Shown here: positions 28,293-38,300 of the stretch, one piece after another
Position numbering within the stretch: the first letter of the stretch is position 1
How the letters are laid out: each line of letters opens with the position of its first letter
NCBI GenBank assembly: GCA_026986575.1
Contig: JALSOH010000006.1
Coordinates: 416,001-480,000, forward strand
Origin: Thermoproteota archaeon
GTDB taxonomy: Archaea > Korarchaeota > Korarchaeia > Korarchaeales > Korarchaeaceae
Direction: 5' to 3'
DNA: 64,000 nucleotides
Notes under the pieces: generated by a model
What the model was told of the DNA's origin: nothing
Database searches by the model: none
Seen by the model: only the letters and a program-made list of their open reading frames with translations
Position numbers and translations under genes: made by a program

Positions 28293-29679
28293 CTTCCCTC
28301 TCCCCCTTACTCTCCATCTCCGACTCTGAAGAGGGCCAAAGCAGGTCCTCCCTGAGGGAGCCCATCAGGCACACGTATGATATGAAGATCCCCAAGCTCA
28401 TTACCATTAGTGAGGGCTCCACCAAGTAGGTCAGCCAGACGTTCCCGTATGGATTGGGGGAGTAAGGACCGGGCGGGTTCCCGAGCATGTACAGGTTCAC
28501 GGATATGGCCGCTGCACCGAAGCCCAGCAAGGAGAACCATCCTCCTAGCTTGACCCACTTGGACGTCCCTAGGAGGTCGGCGGGCCAGCTCAGGTATATC
28601 AAGAGGACGATGATCCCCCACATGCCCACCAGGATGTGCCAGTGTCCCACGTTGTAGGCCAGCTCGGCCCAATCCCACAGGGGATCTCTGAAGGGTGGGT
28701 TGAAGAAGAGGGGCTTCCTCAAGCTCATGGCTACCAAGGCACCGGGAATCGTGACCGACAGCCACATTATCGCATTACCGGTGAGGAGCCCCCACTTCAA
28801 ACTATCTCCCTTTGCCTTGAGGCTGAGGAGAGTTGTCCCTACCAGCAGGATGAGGGCTGCTGGAGTTATGATCACATGGGCCACCTTTCCGAACGGCCAG
28901 ACGGCGAAGCTAGCCACTGCAGCCATTAGCTGTCCCAGCCATATCAGGTGGAGGGCTAGCCTAGACACCCCCCTCTCTTCCACCCTCAGGAGGCTCACTG
29001 CTACCAGGAAGACCAAGCTAAGGGCTAGGAGAAGCATCGCGTGCTCGTGAGCAGTAAGAGCCCTCCAAAGGGAATCCTCCTCCGCAAGATCGGGATTGAA
29101 CCGCGCCTCGATGAGGGCCTTCAATAAACCCGATCTCCCCTCCATGAAACTGGATCCTAGGTAACCTCCGATCACGGAGCCAGCGAGCATGAGAACGCCA
29201 GATAACCTTAGGTTGGATTCAAGCAGGTTATGGGGATGAAGCCTCAAAACTGTCAGCAATCCGGCTAGGAATATGGCAGCAAGGCCTGTTATGAATAGCC
29301 CATGCCACAGGTGGAAGGATCCGGCGTAGGAGTAAGCGAGCCCCCCTAAAACTGTAAGGACAGAGCCCACGGAGAACAGGTTTATTAAATCATTTCCCAG
29401 TCTCATCCTCGTTATCAAAGGTATCATGGAGGCATAAATGAGTAGAGAGAAGATTGTGTGGTAGATGAAGGTTATCCTGGCTAAGTACTCTTCTCCTTCA
29501 TTTATCGAAATTATCTCAGCCGCCCCTACGCTCTCATTATATCTACTACCTGGGAGGTGAACGGGCAATCCCAAGTGAACCCTCACTTCGGTGAACTGTG
29601 GAGAGAGAATTACTAGAAAGCCTACTACTAGGACCAGTAGTGTCGACGAGAGAGCAATGTGGAAGCGGAGTTCATTCAT
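28264..29679 (-). CDS. Polytopic membrane protein with multiple intramembrane His (possible heme/metal binding)
   Basis: About 12 hydrophobic segments; IYHT, HLWH, AHEH, VAHV and GHWH motifs. Confidence 0.65.
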   Translation of the reverse strand: MNELRFHIALSSTLLVLVVGFLVILSPQFTEVRVHLGLPVHLPGSRYNESVGAAEIISINEGEEYLARITFIYHTIFSLLIYASMIPLITRMRLGNDLINLFSVGSVLTVLGGLAYSYAGSFHLWHGLFITGLAAIFLAGLLTVLRLHPHNLLESNLRLSGVLMLAGSVIGGYLGSSFMEGRSGLLKALIEARFNPDLAEEDSLWRALTAHEHAMLLLALSLVFLVAVSLLRVEERGVSRLALHLIWLGQLMAAVASFAVWPFGKVAHVIITPAALILLVGTTLLSLKAKGDSLKWGLLTGNAIMWLSVTIPGALVAMSLRKPLFFNPPFRDPLWDWAELAYNVGHWHILVGMWGIIVLLIYLSWPADLLGTSKWVKLGGWFSLLGFGAAAISVNLYMLGNPPGPYSPNPYGNVWLTYLVEPSLMVMSLGIFISYVCLMGSLREDLLWPSSESEMESKGEREVTRPSFHSR

Positions 29680-29716
29680 GAGATCCCCCTCTTCTTCCTG
29701 TTCAGACTTATTAACA

Positions 29717-29728
29717 TGACACCTGTCA
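29717..29728. promoter_or_regulatory. Palindrome TGACA-N2-TGTCA upstream of the His-rich membrane gene
   Basis: tgacacctgtca adjoins a TTAATAA box on the minus strand; a second copy is at 30271-30286. Confidence 0.5.
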
Positions 29729-29795
29729 AATTGATGTAAGCTCGATGACCGATACGCTTCGGCGAGTAGTGAATCGAACTATCGGTTTGAACAGA

Positions 29796-30089
29796 TTATC
29801 TCTTGAGGCGATTCTCCAACTCATTCAATACTTCATCAAAATCCTTACCTCTCCTAATGAGATCACCGATCTGGATCACCAATCTTTCTATCTCCGAGAA
29901 CGTACCCTCGTCAAATTTCGTGTTAAGAATATAGTTTATGAGGGCGCCTATCCTCTCCGGATCCCCTGAGATCTCTTGCAGGTTTCTTAGTTCCTCAACT
30001 ATAGCGCTTTCCCTCATCCTTCTGTATTTGTCCTCGCTATCACTTCTCAAAGCTTCCTCCCAAGATTTGAAGAAGCCCATATTCATCAT
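29796..30089 (-). CDS. Hypothetical helical protein
   Basis: 97-aa charged ORF with plausible composition. Confidence 0.55.
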   Translation of the reverse strand: MMNMGFFKSWEEALRSDSEDKYRRMRESAIVEELRNLQEISGDPERIGALINYILNTKFDEGTFSEIERLVIQIGDLIRRGKDFDEVLNELENRLKR

Positions 30090-30242
30090 GAATAGGCGAA
30101 AGCTAGACTTAATAATGTAATCTTAGGCGCGCATTCCTCATGAAAACGAGGCTGGACAAGAATGGAGGTGAGATGATCTCCTGGGGTCCTAGAAAGAAAG
30201 TGTGAGATTACTAACAATATAAACCTGAACCTAGAATTTGAA

Positions 30243-30286
30243 TTAGGTTAACCTAAACTTTAATAGGTAATATGACACATGTCATA
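30243..30286 (+). promoter_or_regulatory. Promoter with two palindromes, TTAGGTTAACCTAA (DtxR/MntR-like) and TATGACA-CA-TGTCATA
   Basis: Perfect 14-bp palindrome at 30243-30256, TTTAATA box, then a 16-bp near-palindrome at 30271-30286 ending at the probable ATG (30287). Confidence 0.6.
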
Positions 30287-31606
30287 ATGATGGCTATGAG
30301 CAGGCAGGAGTGGATGGAGGAGAAGCTTGATCAGGTGAGGGAGATCCTTAAGGAGCTACACAAGGGTGCAGATTTTGAGGAACTCAAAGAGAGGTTCAGG
30401 GAGGTACTTCGCGGCGTATCCCCATGGGAAATACCCTTGGTGGAGCAGGAACTGGTGGCCCAAGGCATCTCTCCCCTTGAGATAGCCGCTCTCTGCGATC
30501 TCCACGTCGCCCTCTTCAGGGAATCTCTTATGGACTCCCGCTTGGAGGGTATCGAACCGGGTCACCCTCTGGACACATTCCTTAGGGAGAACGAGGAGAT
30601 CCTCAAAGACTCTGAGAAGCTCATGCTCTACGCGAACTCCCTCCCCAAGGTAGAGGGAGGCAGCAGGAAGGAGGTGTTCGATCAACTCAGTAAACTCGCC
30701 TCGGAGCTGAGGGGGATAAGGAGGCACTTTGTTCGATTACAGTTCCTTCTCTTCCCCTACATAGAGAGGAGAGGACTAACTGCGGTTCCGAGAGTTCTCT
30801 GGACGAAGCAGGATCAGGTAATGGCAAAGATAAGGAAACTGAACCAGATACTATCCGAGGGGAAGTTGGAGGATGCGGAGTACATATTGGAACTCAGGTC
30901 CCTCTCGGACGAGCTCTCTAGGGCATTGGTGGACATGGTGTTCAGGGAGAACAGGATACTCTATCCGACTGTCAGGATCCTACTGAGCGAGGAAGAGTGG
31001 TCCGCCGTCAAGCTGGAAGAGCCCGAGGTGGGTTACTACAAGGTCGAGCCTAGAGAGGGCTGGGAGCCCAAGGATCCGGTGTACCCTCACGAGGTGGAGT
31101 CGGGCATAACCGAGGAGCAGATATCCCGCATGCCCGAGGAAATGAAGGCTATGACCTCCCTCATGGAAAAAAGGGACGATCACGTACTGGTGAGGGCTGG
31201 CGACTTGGAGCTGAAAAACGGTTACATCTCCCTGAAGGAGATGGACGCCCTCCTGAGGACCTTACCCTTTGAGATAACCTTCGTGGATGCTGATGACAGG
31301 CTCCGCTACTACAATTACAGGCCGGGACTCATATTCTACCGCTCGAGGACGGTGCTGGGGAGAAAGGTGGAACTCTGCCACCCGCCGGGCAGCGTCCACA
31401 TAGTGAAGAAGATCGTGGAGGAGTTCAGAGCGGGCAAGAGGGATGTGGCTGAGTTCTGGATAGATATGGGGGGAAGAAAAGTGTACATAAGGTACTTCCC
31501 CGTCAGGGGGGAGGACGGCGAGTACCTTGGAACGGTGGAGGTGGTTCAGGACATTACCGACATAAAGGGGATAGAAGGGGAGAAGAGACTTCTAGGCGAG
31601 GCCTGA
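30287..31606 (+). CDS. DUF438 / hemerythrin / PAS domain protein
   Basis: EQEL...LCDLH, GHPLDTFLREN, H...LFP, VLW..D, FREN.ILYP; C-terminal PAS (LP.EITFVDADD, CHPP.S). Confidence 0.9.
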   Translation: MMAMSRQEWMEEKLDQVREILKELHKGADFEELKERFREVLRGVSPWEIPLVEQELVAQGISPLEIAALCDLHVALFRESLMDSRLEGIEPGHPLDTFLRENEEILKDSEKLMLYANSLPKVEGGSRKEVFDQLSKLASELRGIRRHFVRLQFLLFPYIERRGLTAVPRVLWTKQDQVMAKIRKLNQILSEGKLEDAEYILELRSLSDELSRALVDMVFRENRILYPTVRILLSEEEWSAVKLEEPEVGYYKVEPREGWEPKDPVYPHEVESGITEEQISRMPEEMKAMTSLMEKRDDHVLVRAGDLELKNGYISLKEMDALLRTLPFEITFVDADDRLRYYNYRPGLIFYRSRTVLGRKVELCHPPGSVHIVKKIVEEFRAGKRDVAEFWIDMGGRKVYIRYFPVRGEDGEYLGTVEVVQDITDIKGIEGEKRLLGEA

Positions 31607-31632
31607 AATCGTGAAAATGCATTGGATGAAGG

Positions 31633-32331
31633 CTACCCCTCCAGATGGGCTCTCCTGCCCGAGACCTCCACATCACATCCTCCTTTCTTCACAGATACGA
31701 TGGCCAGCTCGTTCTCAGCGAGCTCCCTCAGGGAGAGCGATAACGTCCCACAGGAGAGCTTAACCGTGCTCGTCCAGTTCAGGACGTAAATGCCATCCAT
31801 CAATTTGATGTACTTGAGGCCTTGGACGGGCTGCCTCCAGTTGGTAAATATGCCCCTCGTATATATCACCTGGGGAGGGACTAGCCTGTGTTCAGAGCAA
31901 TCTGGGATCTCCACGGATTCATTGGCCACTTTGACCGCAGCGCCCTCAGGCATCCTGAGGAGCAGGACGGGTGTGTGGACGTACATGTCCATGAGCCTCT
32001 TATAGAAGGTCACATTCCTCTCAAGGATTACCTCATCTCCCTCCATTATCTCAATGGGAATCTCCTTCCTGATCTCCACATCAGCGGGGAAGAAAACCCA
32101 ATATCTCAGGAGAGCGTAGCACTCACCGTCGCATGATATCAGAGCGGTCTCGACGGAGGCGCTCCTACTCCCTGAGCTGCACCACCTAGTAAGCAGCTCA
32201 TCCGCTGGAGGCCACGATACGGGGAGCTCCTCAATATCGGCCTTCTTAGGTCCGTTGACCGAGGAGTAGGCTAGGGCGATTAGCAGGAGGGCCGCTGCCA
32301 CCACCAGAACTATCGCAACTGTCCTTATCAT
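31633..32331 (-). CDS. Exported hypothetical protein
   Basis: N-terminal signal or anchor helix; several Cys. Confidence 0.6.
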   Translation of the reverse strand: MIRTVAIVLVVAAALLLIALAYSSVNGPKKADIEELPVSWPPADELLTRWCSSGSRSASVETALISCDGECYALLRYWVFFPADVEIRKEIPIEIMEGDEVILERNVTFYKRLMDMYVHTPVLLLRMPEGAAVKVANESVEIPDCSEHRLVPPQVIYTRGIFTNWRQPVQGLKYIKLMDGIYVLNWTSTVKLSCGTLSLSLRELAENELAIVSVKKGGCDVEVSGRRAHLEG

Positions 32332-32461
32332 GAAACGACCGTGAGGCGCCTCTTACATCAGATAAAAGGCTGGCGCCTCGTCAACCTTAAATTGGTCCTA
32401 CAGGACGATGGCCCTATGACAGGTGACCTCCTTTGGCCCTGATTTAAAGGAGGGTAATCGC

Positions 32462-33634
32462 ATGTCCCCGAATCAGGAGTTCAGAGTGACGCCTTGGGAA
32501 GTCGAGGGGCTAGTGGACTACGACCGCCTGATAAAGGAGTTCGGCACTAAGCCCCTAACTGAGGACCTCATCGAGAAGACGAGGGAGCTCACCAAGAGCG
32601 AACTTCCGCTCTTACTAAGGAGGAGGTTCTTCTTCTCCCACAGGGACTACGACTTGGTGCTGAAGGACTACGAGAAGGGTAGGGGTTTCTTCCTCTATAC
32701 GGGAAGGGGACCCTCCGGTCCGATGCACATAGGACACATAATCCCCTTCTACATGACCAAATGGTTCCAAGAGAAGTTCGGAGTGAACCTCTACATCCAG
32801 ATAACGGACGACGAGAAGTTCGTGTTCAAGCCGGAGCTGAACTTCGAGGAAACGAAGAGGTGGGCCTACGAGAACATCCTAGACATAGCGGCAGTGGGCT
32901 TCGACCCCGACAGAACCTTCATATTTCAAGATAGTGAGTACACCGAGATATACGAGCTGGCTGTCCCCATCTCCAAGAAGATAACGTTCTCCACGGCCAA
33001 GGCCGTGTTCGGATTCACTGAGAGCAGCAAGATAGGGATGATATTCTTCCCTGCAGTTCAGGCGGCCCCGACCTTCTTCGAGAGGAGGAGGTGTCTCATA
33101 CCTGCCGCAATAGATCAGGACCCTTACTGGAGGATCCAGAGGGATGTGGCCGAAAGCTTGGGCTACTACAAGACCGCCGCCATACACGGAAAGTTCTTCC
33201 CGCCTCTCACAGGACTGTCGGGGAAGATGAGCGCCAGCATGCCTGAGACGGCGATATACCTGACAGATGATCCCGAAACGGTGAGGAAGAAGATATGGAA
33301 GTTCGCCTTAACCGGCGGACAAGCGACGGTGCAGGAGCAGAGGGAGAAAGGGGGTAATCCGGAGAAATGCGTGGTCTTCAAGTGGCTCGAGATGTTCTTC
33401 GAGCCCGATGACGAGAAGCTACTGCAGAGGTACGAGGACTGCAAGTCCGGCAAGCTGCTATGCGGGGAGTGCAAGAATTACCTCATAGAGAAGGTGCAGA
33501 GCTTCCTGAAGGAGCATCAGGAGAGGAGGAAGAGGGCCGAGCCATTGGTGAGGCAGTTCAAGTATACGGGGAAGCTGGCCAGGGAGATGTGGGAGCGATC
33601 CATACCCAAAGAGCTGAGAGGAGGAGAGGTATAA
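32462..33634 (+). CDS. trpS: Tryptophan--tRNA ligase
   Basis: YTGRGPS, MHIGH, QITDDEK, AIDQDPY, KMSAS, TGG; C-x23-C-x6-C-x2-C Fe-S-type motif. Confidence 0.96.
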   Translation: MSPNQEFRVTPWEVEGLVDYDRLIKEFGTKPLTEDLIEKTRELTKSELPLLLRRRFFFSHRDYDLVLKDYEKGRGFFLYTGRGPSGPMHIGHIIPFYMTKWFQEKFGVNLYIQITDDEKFVFKPELNFEETKRWAYENILDIAAVGFDPDRTFIFQDSEYTEIYELAVPISKKITFSTAKAVFGFTESSKIGMIFFPAVQAAPTFFERRRCLIPAAIDQDPYWRIQRDVAESLGYYKTAAIHGKFFPPLTGLSGKMSASMPETAIYLTDDPETVRKKIWKFALTGGQATVQEQREKGGNPEKCVVFKWLEMFFEPDDEKLLQRYEDCKSGKLLCGECKNYLIEKVQSFLKEHQERRKRAEPLVRQFKYTGKLAREMWERSIPKELRGGEV

Positions 33635-33828
33635 GACTCAACCCCTTCATCACCAAGTGCAGGTGCTTCTAGAGGGGCCGCTGTTAGCAGTACCACGACG
33701 ATATTAGAGTGCTCTTGCTTTAATTAGACTCGAAGTGCTCAGTTCAAGCGTAAACGCGGTGTACGGTAACTAGAAGACGGAAACCAGAAAGACGCTTGCT
33801 TACAGCAATCTGTTCCCCGGCAAAGGGA

Positions 33829-33901
33829 TGGCAGGGGGCATGAACGAGCTCTGAGCTCGCTCCTTCACAGCAAACGGCTGGCACCTCTATGCCCCCTGCC
33901 A
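33829..33901. other. GC-rich branched stem-loop in a 480-bp intergenic region
   Basis: Perfect 13-bp arms TGGCAGGGGGCAT / ATGCCCCCTGCCA enclose CGAGCTC-T-GAGCTCG and CAGC-aaacg-GCTG. Confidence 0.5.
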
Positions 33902-34118
33902 CTCGGCCTAGCTTCTCCTCCATTTTTAAGCGTATCTTATCCGAACCTAGGGGTCCTACCACTGAGCCTCCCGGCCTACACTTATTCCCTGCATTGCTGG
34001 CATCGCCCCCTCAGCAAGTCAAATCTCGATCCAATGAAGGTAGGTCTGAATCGAGTTAGAGGCGCCGCGAAGAAAGAGATGTGAGACATGTCCATAGGGG
34101 GGTTGGACATCAGCATAT

Positions 34119-34379
34119 TCAGTCCAGCAAACCGAAGATCAGGTAAGAGAAGAGCAAAAACACCAAAAATGCCCTGAGAAGCTCATCTCCCCTCTCCTCG
34201 TACTCTATTGCGAAGATGTGAAGGAACCACGACATCGAGCCCATTATGATCAGGAGAAAGCTAAGTAGGCCAGCTAGTGAGGTCCAAAGGGAGAGATCAG
34301 GGTGCTCCAAAGCAAATCTCCCGATTGCTATTCCCATAGGCACCAGAAAGGAGCCCATGAAGGGAAGCCACTTCCTCAT
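34119..34379 (-). CDS. Small membrane protein
   Basis: Three hydrophobic segments in 86 aa. Confidence 0.6.
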   Translation of the reverse strand: MRKWLPFMGSFLVPMGIAIGRFALEHPDLSLWTSLAGLLSFLLIIMGSMSWFLHIFAIEYEERGDELLRAFLVFLLFSYLIFGLLD

Positions 34380-34437
34380 CCTGCACTCATAAATACCTCT
34401 GGATTACCATAATAAGGATCTCCGACCTAAAACTCTG

Positions 34438-35061
34438 ATGCAAATCAAAGCAGTAATAATCGACTTAGACCAGACCCTACTCCACACCCTACATAGATTT
34501 CATACCGTTTTCAGCAAGATGATCGGCGATCTGGAATGGGATGATTTCATCAGGCTTTTCAGGGAAGACAGGCTGGATGAACTCATAGAAGGAGACAGGG
34601 CTCTATTCTGGGAGGAGTTCACCAGAAGATTCGCAAAGATAAGGCATCCTGATGACAGGCCCGTTGAAGGGGCGAGGGATGTGCTGGAGAGGCTGTCCAA
34701 GAAATATCTTATAGTGGTAACTACCGGAAGGAGAGTACCTTCGGGGGAGGTCTGGAAGGAGCTGGAGGAGTTTGGCCTGTCCCCTTACGTCCACGATGTC
34801 CGGACGTTACTGGGGTATGATGGCGTGTGGCACAGGGATGTCCTCCTTAGAAGGATACTCAAGGATTACGGTCTGTCCCCAGATGAGGTGGTGTTCGTAG
34901 GAGATTACTGGGTAGACATGGACTCTGCCAAGAGGGCCGGGATAAGGGCGATAGCTGTAAGGACAGGACTGGAGCCGGATGAGAGGCTCCTGAGGCACGG
35001 GGCGTTGGTTATCATCGATGGCATATGGGAGCTGCCCAAGATATTGGAGCGCCTTATTTAA
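34438..35061 (+). CDS. HAD-superfamily phosphatase
   Basis: DLDQTL, VVTT, FVGD...D...AG. Confidence 0.9.
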   Translation: MQIKAVIIDLDQTLLHTLHRFHTVFSKMIGDLEWDDFIRLFREDRLDELIEGDRALFWEEFTRRFAKIRHPDDRPVEGARDVLERLSKKYLIVVTTGRRVPSGEVWKELEEFGLSPYVHDVRTLLGYDGVWHRDVLLRRILKDYGLSPDEVVFVGDYWVDMDSAKRAGIRAIAVRTGLEPDERLLRHGALVIIDGIWELPKILERLI

Positions 35062-35354
35062 ACGGATGAGAGGTAGGGGGTCAGAGGAACCGGGTGCATC
35101 TCATCCAATCTCTCCTCTCAATTCCAATCTATCTTAATCACGTTTTGCTACCCAATTTTCAGACATTCCATTCATTACTGTAGTGAATTTCAATTTTTTC
35201 GCGGGTACCATTAAACCTGATATACTCTTCACTTCATCGATAAAAACGAGATGGGAACTCCTGTAAACTAAGGAATTAGAAATTCCTGCGGATCTAAGTG
35301 TGATTACAAAAAAGATTTAAAAAAGAAGGATAGATGCGATCCGGATGACTTCTC

Positions 35355-38300
35355 ATGCATTTTGATATGCACACACGTGCTCGCATCCTTTCCTCCCCCA
35401 GTCATCACGGTAAGACGCTATTCTCGATTCTGATTTGTATGCTATTAGTCCTGCAAATTACATCTACCTCACTTGTACCGATAATGGCACTTCCTCGGCC
35501 GGTCCTGTCAACTGACATATTGAATTACAATCCATTCCTTGGGAAAGTAGCTACTTTGTGCCTCACTCCCTCCAACAGCGGAGATCAAAATGGATTCAGG
35601 CCAGTTATAGAGATCGTGGTTCCTGTGAACCTGACGTTTCAAGGGGCAACTTTCCTAGAACTGCCAGTGGAGTACGACAGCTACTTGATTCCCTCCTCTG
35701 GGGGCCTCACCTACAACATTGGTCGCTACTCGAGGACCGTAACCGGACAGCCAGGGGCTGAGGTCGTCGTCCTGATGCCGCCCATAAACAATATACCAGC
35801 GGGGGAGCGGATCCCTCCAATTTGCGTCGATCTCTTGGTGACGGATGATGCGGTCATAGGTAAGGATCATTTGGTCAATTCCACCCTCATTTTCGCCTAC
35901 GGAACCGATCCCCTTGACAATCCCAGCGTGGATCCGCCCGAGGTGAGCTACCCTCTGCAGGTCACCGTGACTCCATCCCTGATCAGGGTCAGGAAGGGCC
36001 TGAGTGGAATATGGTCGGCTGATGTGGTCCCGACGGGTCCCAATTACGCCTTCAATTACACGATCATCGTTTCCATGGCCGGAGTTGAGTTCGCGCGCGC
36101 CGCGCGCTACGGGGGCGGGGACTTCAATCCGCCGTTCGGGAGGGGAAGGACTTGGGGCTACATAAAGTTCTGGGCATATGTAGAGGAAGAGTATAGCTCC
36201 ACTGTGCCCAGTGGTGATCAGGAGATCGATTCTGGGGATGTGTTGAGTAACGAAGTTACCATGACATCGGAGTACTCGGGCACATCCACAGTTCCCCCAG
36301 ATATAGGGCGCACCACATCCCTTACTATAAAGAGGCCGTGGATCGAGAAGAGGATAGCATACTTGAATGGAGCATCTCCACCAAGCCCTGTGTATGTCAA
36401 GGCAGGCGATACCGTGACCTATGAACTCAAGGTGTACATATCCACAGCTAACGCCGATGAGTTGGAGATAAAGGACATGATCCCCCTGCCGGTGTTCAGG
36501 GTCGATTACAACAGGTACGGGCAGACCCCCCTTCACGGATGGTCAGCCCCCGACGACCACGATACCACCGCCTCCGGGGCAGTGGGCCATAGGCAGCGAG
36601 GACAACGTGACCTCCGTCACGGGGATACAGCCTACCCTATCTGTGGATGACACCGCGAACGAATTGGTGTTCAGGTACGGAGGCCCGATCCACTCCGGGA
36701 ACAACACGCTTCTGGTGGTGGACATACTCTACATCCTGACGGCCACGGACGAGCCCTACGATGATCTCCTTGACTTGGCGAACTTGGTCACCATGAGCTA
36801 CGGCAACTCATTCAATGTGCCTACTCCTAGTTCCTCTTATACGTTGATCATCACTAACTCCCCAAGCCTGACCCTGAGCAAGGAGGTGGTGGCCTCTACT
36901 CAGGAAGCCATAGATAACGGTGATCTTTCGGGGGCCGATGCTGGAGATACCGTCACCTTCCAGGTGAAAGTGACTAACGAGGGCCACAGCGACGCTCACG
37001 ATGTGGTGATAAAGGATGAGGTACAGCCTCCCGGCGCAGGCTACCTACAAGACCTCCAGAACTTACATGTTTACGATTGCGACGGAGCTACCGAGTGGAA
37101 TCCCTCCTCAACTTACACCCTCACGGTGAGCCCTTCATATACTAACCCTGAGGAGATCATTCTCTCACTGAACGATAATGTTGTCCTGCCTCCGGACTCG
37201 TGCGTAGTGCTGAGGTACGATCTCACCCTCACCCAGAGCGTGTATCCTCTCCAAGACCTCATTAACAACGGGAGCATCACAAGCTACTCCTCCGTTGATG
37301 GAGGGGAGAACTTCGTCGATCCCAACGACCCTCCAACGGACGATGCCAAAGTCGCTGTGGCGCAGCCATCCATCGAGAAGTACCTTGAATCGACCGATCA
37401 GAGCTTCACGCCAGACGATATCCTTGCTGTGGGTGAGGAAGCGGTCTTCGGAATAAGGGTGACACTGCCTGGGGGGACCACGTCGGGTCTCATCATTAAC
37501 GATACGTTGCCGGAGGGCTTCACCTACGACGGGTCGGTGGAGCTGGATTCTACAGGATTCGGAGGTAGCCTGCCCTCTTACTCCGTTAACTACGATCCTA
37601 GCTCGAGGAACGTCACCTTAACCTTCTCCGGAGATGTGATCGTTAATAACAACAACGATGCGGGGGACAACTCCTTCCTGACAAAGGTGCACTCCAGAGT
37701 GGACAAGGACGCGGGCTGGACGCCATCTGCTAGCACTTGGACTAGGACCAACAGGGTCAGCATGGACTGGAACGGGAACCCCGGGCCTGAACTAACGTCC
37801 ACCTACGACGTGGAGGTGGCGACCCGAAGGTTACCGCCACCAAGGCGTTCTTCAACGAGGATTATTCCAGCATATCGAGCAAGGACGGGGGAGACAAGGT
37901 GATAATGAGGGTTAAGATAGTGAGCGAGGGAGCAGCGGATGCTTTCGACATCGAAGTCACCGACACCCTAACTGACATTCACGCAGATCTGGGGACACTT
38001 CAGGAGGTGACCCGGACCGTTCCGCCGGACACGACCGTCTCTTGGAGCATCTCATCGGGGAGCTTGGTTATCGAGGTGGACAGGCCGAGGAACATCACCG
38101 CCTCTCTCCGACAGGAAGGTCACGATAGACTTCTCCTTCAACTTGAATGATACGGTGGAAGCTGGAGAGACCTATCAAAACACCCTGAATTACGAGTATA
38201 CCACCTTACCGGGACTCAGCGATTACGAGAAGACCTTCACCGGAACGTACACGGCTGATTTGAAGATAAAGGACCCGGAGCTGGTGAAGGAGGTCCAGTC

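Noticed and set aside
35655-36536. 293-aa minus-strand ORF and similar antisense ORFs (47292-48104, 52763-53368)
   Set aside because: They are shadows of well-supported genes on the opposite strand and carry no motifs.
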